Shown one piece after another: positions 57,887-64,000 of a stretch of 64,000 nucleotides of DNA. The position numbers and the translations under genes were made by a program. The notes under the pieces were generated by a model, which worked only from the letters and a program-made list of their open reading frames with translations, was not told the DNA's origin and did no database searches. Source of the stretch: an uncultured Gammaproteobacteria bacterium (lineage in GTDB: Bacteria; Pseudomonadota; Gammaproteobacteria; UBA9214); assembly GCA_963748215.1 (NCBI GenBank), contig CAVVHS010000006.1, forward strand, positions 224,001 to 288,000, written 5' to 3'. The first letter of the stretch is position 1; each line of letters opens with the position of its first letter.

Positions 57887-58365
57887 GTGTAATCCTCCAG
57901 CGGAAAATCGGGAACGATCCTGGCCATGTCGCCGCTCTGCAGCTTGCTGGCGGCCTCCCGGGTCAGGGCATGGACCAGAAGACAGTCCTGGCTGACCCGC
58001 AGGGTGACCGTGCCCGGCGTCAGGGTGATGGAATTCGCGTAAATCACCCGGCCAAGATCCGACTTCTGCGGCAGGGGGACGGTGAACAGCTGCGGGCTGA
58101 TGGTCTTGCCGGGCATTACGATGCAGCGGATGACGTGGAAGTTGGCGACGATCACCTCGGCGATCAGGTAGACCCAGAAACGCAGCAGGCGCAGCGGTAC
58201 GTGTGCGGAATGCCGTTCGAGGTCGACGTTGTCCATGCGCCGGGCGATGGTGACAACAGCAGCCGTCGATAACGCACCCAGTAGCAGTAACAGTGCGTCC
58301 AGGTGCCCGGATAGTCCGAGCCATAGTCCGCTCAGCAGGGCGGCAAGCCTGATCGTGTGTTTCAC
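57883..58365 (-). CDS. mrpE: Mrp antiporter subunit E
   Basis: YANSITLTPGT and LLVHAL. Confidence 0.92.
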   Translation of the reverse strand: MKHTIRLAALLSGLWLGLSGHLDALLLLLGALSTAAVVTIARRMDNVDLERHSAHVPLRLLRFWVYLIAEVIVANFHVIRCIVMPGKTISPQLFTVPLPQKSDLGRVIYANSITLTPGTVTLRVSQDCLLVHALTREAASKLQSGDMARIVPDFPLEDYT

Positions 58366-58697
58366 ATCGATACCTTCGGAATTTTTACGTCATCAGCGAC
58401 GCATGATTATGCCATACAGGCTGGAATTTACCGTGCGGTCCGGAGGGCAGGCTTCGCGACTGCCCGGTCGACTGTTACGTGGTTTGCGTGGGCTCGTATT
58501 GCAATCCGATGTGTCTGTCAGAATCGTCAGGTAATTATTAGAAACAACATGCAAATGATTGTAATATATAATATATAATCACAATGTCGCCAGGCTGTGC
58601 CCGGTATCATGGCCAAGGGGTGATGTCGGGTGAAGGGTGCCGGGTTTGACGGGAGGTCGCAGCCGGTGCCGCTCCGGCATGCCGACACCGGGCAAGC

Positions 58698-60161
58698 TCA
58701 GCTGAATGCGCTGCCATTGACCAGGAAATGCACCCAGATGCTCGCCGCGTAACCGAGCAGGATGGCCCAGCTCCACTTCAGGTGCGAAAAAAAGGTGTAG
58801 ATCCCGCGGGCCTGTCCCATGACCGCTACGCCAGCGGCGGAGCCCACTGACAGCATCGAGCCGCCGACACCGGCGGTCAGCGTAACCAGCAGCCACTGTC
58901 CCAGATCCATGTCGGGCAGCATGGCGAGCACCGCGAACATCACCGGGATATTGTCGATGAGTGCCGACAAGAAGCCGACCAGGATGTTCGCCGTGGTGGC
59001 GCCGAGGTCGCCGTACATCAGCTCCGAGCCCAGCGACAGGTAGCCCATGGTGCCGAGTCCGCCGACGCACAGGATGATGCCGTAGAAGAACATAAGGGTA
59101 TCCCACTCGGCCCGTTCCAGTGATTTGAAGATGTTGTACTGCATCGCCGCGTCACCGTCATGCCGTTTGTGTTCCACGCTCTCCATGGCCAGCGCCGTAT
59201 CACCGAGGTCTTCCTCTGCCGGCTCCGGAAAGAAATGATTGCGCCGTTTGAGGTAGTAGCCATAGAACTTCAACAGGCCCAGGCCGGTCATCATGCCCAT
59301 GACCGGTGGCAGGTGCAGGAAGTTGTGTGCGCTGACCGCCATACTGATGGTGACCAGAAACAGGCCGACGATGACCCAGGCGCCGTGCTGCAGGTTTGCC
59401 TGCTCGCTGATCGGATCGGGCGACCCCTTGCTGACGACCAGGCTCATGAGAAAGGCCGGTATCAGCCAGTTGACCAGGGAGGGAAGGAACAGCATGAAGA
59501 ACTGGTGGAATTCGACGATGCCTTTCTGCCAGACCATGAGCGTGGTGATGTCGCCGAAGGGCGAGAAGGCGCCGCCGGCATTCGCGGCGACCACGATGTT
59601 GATGCAGGCCACGCCGACGAACCGGGTGTTGGCGCCGCCGACGGCAATGGCAACCGTGGAAAGCAGCAGGGCGGTGGTCAGGTTGTCCGCGATCGGGGAC
59701 ATCATGAAGGCCAGCGCGCCGGTGATCCAGAAGATGGTGCGCAGCGAATAGCCCTGTGAGACCAGCTTGACGCGCAGTACGTCGAATACGCCGCGCTCGT
59801 CCATGGCGTTGATGTAGGTCATCGCCGCGAGCAGGAACAGGAACAGTTCGGCGAACTCGAGCAGGTTGTGGCGTACCGCAACCTCGGCCGTGTGCGTGTC
59901 GCCGTGCTGAGCGTAGACGACGGCCACCAGGGTCCAGATGATACCGGCCGCGACCATGACCGGCTTGGACTTGCGCAGGTGCAGCGTTTCCTCGGCAATG
60001 ACCAGGCTGTAGGCAATGAAGAACACGGCCAGCGCGGCGAAGCCGGCCCAGTGCGTTGTCAGGTCGAGGACTTGCGAGTGACCGGTGTCGGCGGCGAAAG
60101 CGGCCAGCGGAAAGACGCTGCCCGTGCTGGCCAGCAGTACCCGTGTAGACAAACGCATCAT
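58698..60161 (-). CDS. nhaD: NhaD-type Na+/H+ antiporter
   Basis: HLRKSKPV, SPIADNLTTAL, ANAGGAFSPFGDITT, DNIP and GSAAGVA. Confidence 0.92.
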   Translation of the reverse strand: MMRLSTRVLLASTGSVFPLAAFAADTGHSQVLDLTTHWAGFAALAVFFIAYSLVIAEETLHLRKSKPVMVAAGIIWTLVAVVYAQHGDTHTAEVAVRHNLLEFAELFLFLLAAMTYINAMDERGVFDVLRVKLVSQGYSLRTIFWITGALAFMMSPIADNLTTALLLSTVAIAVGGANTRFVGVACINIVVAANAGGAFSPFGDITTLMVWQKGIVEFHQFFMLFLPSLVNWLIPAFLMSLVVSKGSPDPISEQANLQHGAWVIVGLFLVTISMAVSAHNFLHLPPVMGMMTGLGLLKFYGYYLKRRNHFFPEPAEEDLGDTALAMESVEHKRHDGDAAMQYNIFKSLERAEWDTLMFFYGIILCVGGLGTMGYLSLGSELMYGDLGATTANILVGFLSALIDNIPVMFAVLAMLPDMDLGQWLLVTLTAGVGGSMLSVGSAAGVAVMGQARGIYTFFSHLKWSWAILLGYAASIWVHFLVNGSAFS

Positions 60162-60456
60162 GCAAATTCTCCCTGTTATGGCGACGGATTTTACGTGCTA
60201 GTGATGTCGGTAGCGGTGTTGTGTTGCCGAAATCAGGCTCTGCGCCCTGCGCCATAAGCCCGAACGCGGGCCGTCTTCCCTGGCGTCAATTTACGACAGG
60301 GGGGATAATAACCCAGCAGTCAACAGTCACATAATCGGTAGCCCGGCAAGCCGGACGCGCGATTGCTGGCGCAGTGTATGACCATGACATGCAGATGCAT
60401 TGCAGCCCGTTTCCTGATGCCGCTCACGCCGGCGGAACCCGCAGCCGATCATGCAC

Positions 60457-63400
60457 TCATTCCTGCTGACTGCCAGACTCGTGGTTGTCGCTGCGGTCAC
60501 CCAGCAGCCGGCGTACCACCACGAAGAACACCGGCACGAACAGCACGCCGAGCAGGGTGGCGCCGACCATGCCGCCCATCACCCCCGTGCCGATGGCGTG
60601 GCGGCTGTTGGCGCCGGCGCCGGTTGAGACGGCCAGCGGCATCACGCCGAGAATGAAGGCGATGGAGGTCATCAGTATGGGCCGGAAGCGCAACCGGCAG
60701 GCCTCCAGCGTGGCATCCAGCAGGCCGCGACCCTGCTGACGCATGGTGTTGGCGAACTCGATGATCAGGATCGCGTTCTTGGCGGACAGGCCGATGACCG
60801 CGATCAGGCCGACCTTGAAATAGACGTCGTTCTCCAGCCCGCGCAGCCAGGTGAAGCTGAGCGCGCCGAGCACGCCCAGCGGTACCACCAGCATTACCGC
60901 TGCCGGTATCGACCAGCTTTCATACAATGCTGCCAGCGCGAGAAATACGATCAGCAGCGACAGGGCGAACAGGATCGGCGCCTGCTGACCGGAGATGATC
61001 TCCTGCAGCGACTGGCCCGACCACTCGTAACCGATGCCCGCGGGCAGATCCTCACGGACGATCTCCTGCATCGCCGCCATGGCCTGCCCGGAGCTGTATC
61101 CCGGTGCGGCGGCGCCGTTGATCTGGATCGCGGGTTGGCCGTTGTAGTGGTCGATCGCCGGTGGAGCAATCGCCCAGCTCGAGGACACCACGCTGGACAG
61201 TGGCACCATGTCGTCGACGCCGCCCGTGCTGCGGGGGATATAGTAATGCTTCAGGTCATCGACCTGGCTGCGGTACTCGGCATCTGCCTGCAGCAGCACC
61301 TTGAGCACACGCCCCTTGTAGTTGAAGTCGTTGGCATACACCGGCGCCAGCATCAGGCGGATGGTGTCGTAGATGTCCGCCAGCGACAGTCCCATCGACT
61401 GTACCTGCACGCGATCCACCTCGAGTTGCAGTTCGGGCGCCTCCTCCAGCTGGTTGGGCCGTACGCCGTAGAGCAGGGGATTTTTCCCGGCCTTGCCGAG
61501 CAGGATGTTACGCGCGGCAAGCAGCTGTTCATGTCCCAGGCCCGCGCGGTCCTGGAGGCGGAAATCGAAGCCGCCGAAACTTCCCAGGCCGCGGATGGTG
61601 GGCAGGTTGATGACAAACATGCGCGCGCCCTTGATCGACTGCAGCGCACCGTTTGCCCACTGGATGAAAGGCTTGAGCTGCTCATCCGCTGCACGGCGCT
61701 CGTCCCAGTCCTTGAGACGGATGAAGCCGAGACCGACATTCTCGCCCTGGCCGACGAAGCTGAAGCCCGCCACGTCGAACACCTTGTCCACGGCCGGGCT
61801 TTGCTTGAGGATGGTCTCCATCTGTCGCAGCACGCCGCCGGTGCGCTCCATGTTGGCACCGGGCGGCAGCATCACGATCGCCAGTACGTAGCCCTGGTCT
61901 TCCTCGGGCAGGAAACTGCCCGGCAGCCGGGTGAAGAGCAGGATCGCCACCCCGACCAGCAGGACAAAGGCCGCCATCCAGCGCGGTGTGTGGCGGATCG
62001 ACTGCTTCACGCGCGCCAGGTAGGCGCTGGCCAGTCCGCCGTAAAGGCGGTTGAAGCCGCGCAGCAAGCGGTTGGGTTCGCCGTGCGCCGGCTTGAGCAG
62101 GGTGGCGCACAGCGCCGGCGTGAAACTGAGTGCCATGAAGGCCGAGATTCCCATCGAGATGGCAATGGTCAGCGAGAACTGGCGATAGATCACACCCACG
62201 CTGCCGCCGACCAGCGCCATGGGGATGAACACCGCCGCCAGCACCGTGGTCATGGCGATCACTGCGCCGGTGATCTGGTCCATGGCCTTGCGCGTCGCCT
62301 CCTTCGGCGACAGCCCTTCCTCGGTCATGATGCGTTCCACGTTTTCCACCACGACGATGGCATCGTCCACGACCAGGCCGATGGCGAGCACCAGACCGAA
62401 CAGGGTGAGTACATTGATGGAGAAGCCGGCCAGGTACATGCCGGCGAAGGCGCTGGTCAGCGCGACCGGTACCACCAGCGTGGGGATCAGCGTCGCACGC
62501 AGATTCTGCAGGAACAGCAGGATCACCAGGAACACCAGCACCACCGCCTCGAACAGGGTAAACACCACCTCCTGGATGGAGATGCTGATGAACTGGGTGC
62601 TGTCGTAGGGCACCAGCCAGCTCACGCCGGGCGGAAAGTAGGCGTCGAGCTCATCCATCTTGGCGCGCACCGCGGCGGCCACCTGCAGGGCGTTTGCATC
62701 CGGTGCGAGCAGGATGGCGAAGCCGGCGATGGGATCGCCGTCGAGGTGGACGTCATGGCCGTAGGACTCGGCGCCGAGCGTCACCCGGGCGACGTCCCGC
62801 AGGTGCACGCTGCTGCCGTCCAGGCTGGTGCGCAGGATGATGTCACTGAACTGTTCCGTCGACGTGAAGCGGCTGGCGGCGTTGACCGAGGCGCTGAAGC
62901 CCTGGCCCGGCGGTGCCGGTTCCGCCCCCAGGTAGCCGGCGGCGATCTGCACGTTCTGTGCACGTACCGCGTCGAGCACCTGCGAGGCGCTCAGGCCGTA
63001 ACCGTGCAGCTGGTCCGGGTTGAGCCAGATGCGCATGGCATAGGCAGCGCCGAACAGGTTGGCGTCGCCGACGCCGGGCAGGCGCCGGATCGGATCGAGC
63101 ACCTGGGCGGCGATCAGGTTGTTGAGGGCATAGGTGTCCATGGCGGGGTCCGTGGATTGCAGCGCCACCACCATGAGGAAATCGTTATTGGCCTTGGACA
63201 CGGTGATGCCGTTCTGCACCACCTCCTGCGGCAGCCGCGCCTGCGCGATACTGAGGCGGTTCTGCACCTGCACCTGCGCGATGTCGGGAACGGTGCCGCT
63301 CTCGAAGGTCAGGGTGATCTGCGCCGTGCCGTTGGAACGCGAGGTCGATTCGAAATAGAGCAGGTTGTCGACGCCGGTCAGCTGCTGCTCGATCACCGAG

Positions 63401-63585
63401 GTGACGGTCTTCTCGATCACCTCTGCGCTGGCACCGGGATAGACGGCGTTGATGCTGATCTGGGGTGGTGCAATCGGTGGATAGGCCGACACCGGCAGCT
63501 CGAAAATGGCGGCGCCGCCGGCCAGGGTGATGAGGATGGCGATCACCCAGGCGAAGATCGGCCGGTCGATGAAAAAACGTGGCAT
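60457..63585 (-). CDS. RND efflux permease (AcrB/MexB-like, HAE1)
   Basis: FFIDRPIFAWV, GLVVDDAIVVVENVER, KNAILIIEFA and RFRPILMTS. Confidence 0.95.
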   Translation of the reverse strand: MPRFFIDRPIFAWVIAILITLAGGAAIFELPVSAYPPIAPPQISINAVYPGASAEVIEKTVTSVIEQQLTGVDNLLYFESTSRSNGTAQITLTFESGTVPDIAQVQVQNRLSIAQARLPQEVVQNGITVSKANNDFLMVVALQSTDPAMDTYALNNLIAAQVLDPIRRLPGVGDANLFGAAYAMRIWLNPDQLHGYGLSASQVLDAVRAQNVQIAAGYLGAEPAPPGQGFSASVNAASRFTSTEQFSDIILRTSLDGSSVHLRDVARVTLGAESYGHDVHLDGDPIAGFAILLAPDANALQVAAAVRAKMDELDAYFPPGVSWLVPYDSTQFISISIQEVVFTLFEAVVLVFLVILLFLQNLRATLIPTLVVPVALTSAFAGMYLAGFSINVLTLFGLVLAIGLVVDDAIVVVENVERIMTEEGLSPKEATRKAMDQITGAVIAMTTVLAAVFIPMALVGGSVGVIYRQFSLTIAISMGISAFMALSFTPALCATLLKPAHGEPNRLLRGFNRLYGGLASAYLARVKQSIRHTPRWMAAFVLLVGVAILLFTRLPGSFLPEEDQGYVLAIVMLPPGANMERTGGVLRQMETILKQSPAVDKVFDVAGFSFVGQGENVGLGFIRLKDWDERRAADEQLKPFIQWANGALQSIKGARMFVINLPTIRGLGSFGGFDFRLQDRAGLGHEQLLAARNILLGKAGKNPLLYGVRPNQLEEAPELQLEVDRVQVQSMGLSLADIYDTIRLMLAPVYANDFNYKGRVLKVLLQADAEYRSQVDDLKHYYIPRSTGGVDDMVPLSSVVSSSWAIAPPAIDHYNGQPAIQINGAAAPGYSSGQAMAAMQEIVREDLPAGIGYEWSGQSLQEIISGQQAPILFALSLLIVFLALAALYESWSIPAAVMLVVPLGVLGALSFTWLRGLENDVYFKVGLIAVIGLSAKNAILIIEFANTMRQQGRGLLDATLEACRLRFRPILMTSIAFILGVMPLAVSTGAGANSRHAIGTGVMGGMVGATLLGVLFVPVFFVVVRRLLGDRSDNHESGSQQE

Positions 63586-63597
63586 GGGTGTATTGCC

Positions 63598-64000
63598 TTA
63601 GTGTGCGGTTGCAGTGTCTGCGGGGATGTTCGCCGCTACCGCTCTGGCGGTGCCGCCCGGCTGCACCTTCTGCAGTCCCTCGACGATCACCTGTTCGCCG
63701 TCACTCAGCGCGCCCGTGACAATCCAGCCGGTCCGGGTCATGCCATGGGTCTGCAGGCGGCGTTGTACCACCTTGCCTTGTGCATCGACCGTCAGGGCAT
63801 AGGCACCCTGGTTGTCACGTACCACGGCGGCCTGCGGCAGGACGAAGGCACCGTCGATCACGCCGGTCGTCAGCCGCAGCTTGACGAACATGCCCGGCAG
63901 CAGCTGGTGGTCCGGGTTGGGCAGCACGGCGCGCAGCGACAGGGCGCCCGTGCCGGGGTCGACCGCGAGGTCGGAAAAATCGAGCGTGCCGGCCTGCGGG
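63598..64000 (-). CDS. RND periplasmic adaptor (AcrA/MexA-like), 3' part only
   Basis: PNPDHQLLPGMFV and GEQVIVEGLQKVQPG; runs off the window end. Confidence 0.9.
   Translation of the reverse strand, partial: PQAGTLDFSDLAVDPGTGALSLRAVLPNPDHQLLPGMFVKLRLTTGVIDGAFVLPQAAVVRDNQGAYALTVDAQGKVVQRRLQTHGMTRTGWIVTGALSDGEQVIVEGLQKVQPGGTARAVAANIPADTATAH

Noticed and set aside
58551-58570. Fur-box-like GCAAATGATTGTAAT upstream of mrpE
   Set aside because: Only one half-site matches, within a generally AT-rich tract.
58630-58690. GGGTG...GGTCG...GCCGC stretch resembling an nhaA-I riboswitch
   Set aside because: It is on the strand opposite to the nhaD/mrp genes and only loosely similar; better explained as a hairpin after the nhaD stop.

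Overview
A GC-rich gammaproteobacterial chromosome segment, mostly core genes. It contains tsf-pyrH-frr-uppS-cdsA-dxr-rseP-bamA-skp-lpxD-fabZ-lpxA-lpxB-rnhB, an inserted membrane diguanylate cyclase, dnaE-accA-tilS-pyrG-kdsA-eno-ftsB-ispD-ispF-truD, an Smr gene and surE-pcm-yqaA-nlpD-rpoS. A small accessory patch at 32.4-36.4 kb is followed by alaC-hom-thrC-(PGM-like)-recJ-prfB-lysS, DUF502, mltD, methyltransferase-rnhA-dnaQ, a 10-gene Mrp Na+/H+ antiporter operon with three MrpD-like subunits, nhaD and an RND efflux pair. I saw no rRNA, tRNA, CRISPR array, integrase or transposase gene. Several essential genes carry single-base indels (accA, pyrG, kdsA, hom, recJ, prfB, lysS, mrpD3), most likely long-read consensus errors. 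The prfB +1 frameshift site is the genuine programmed one. The most unusual signals are non-coding: about six families of miniature repeats or MITEs. The best is a 350-bp element with perfect 22-bp terminal inverted repeats and a 7-bp flanking duplication at the rnhA stop codon. Its interior folds, by eye, into a two-state RNA carrying CsrA-consensus hairpins. Also notable are a CxxCxxxC insert in threonine synthase, a PGM-fold gene in a thrB-less threonine operon and a sharp rare-codon patch in DUF502. All gene calls rest on motif recognition and synteny, not database searches.
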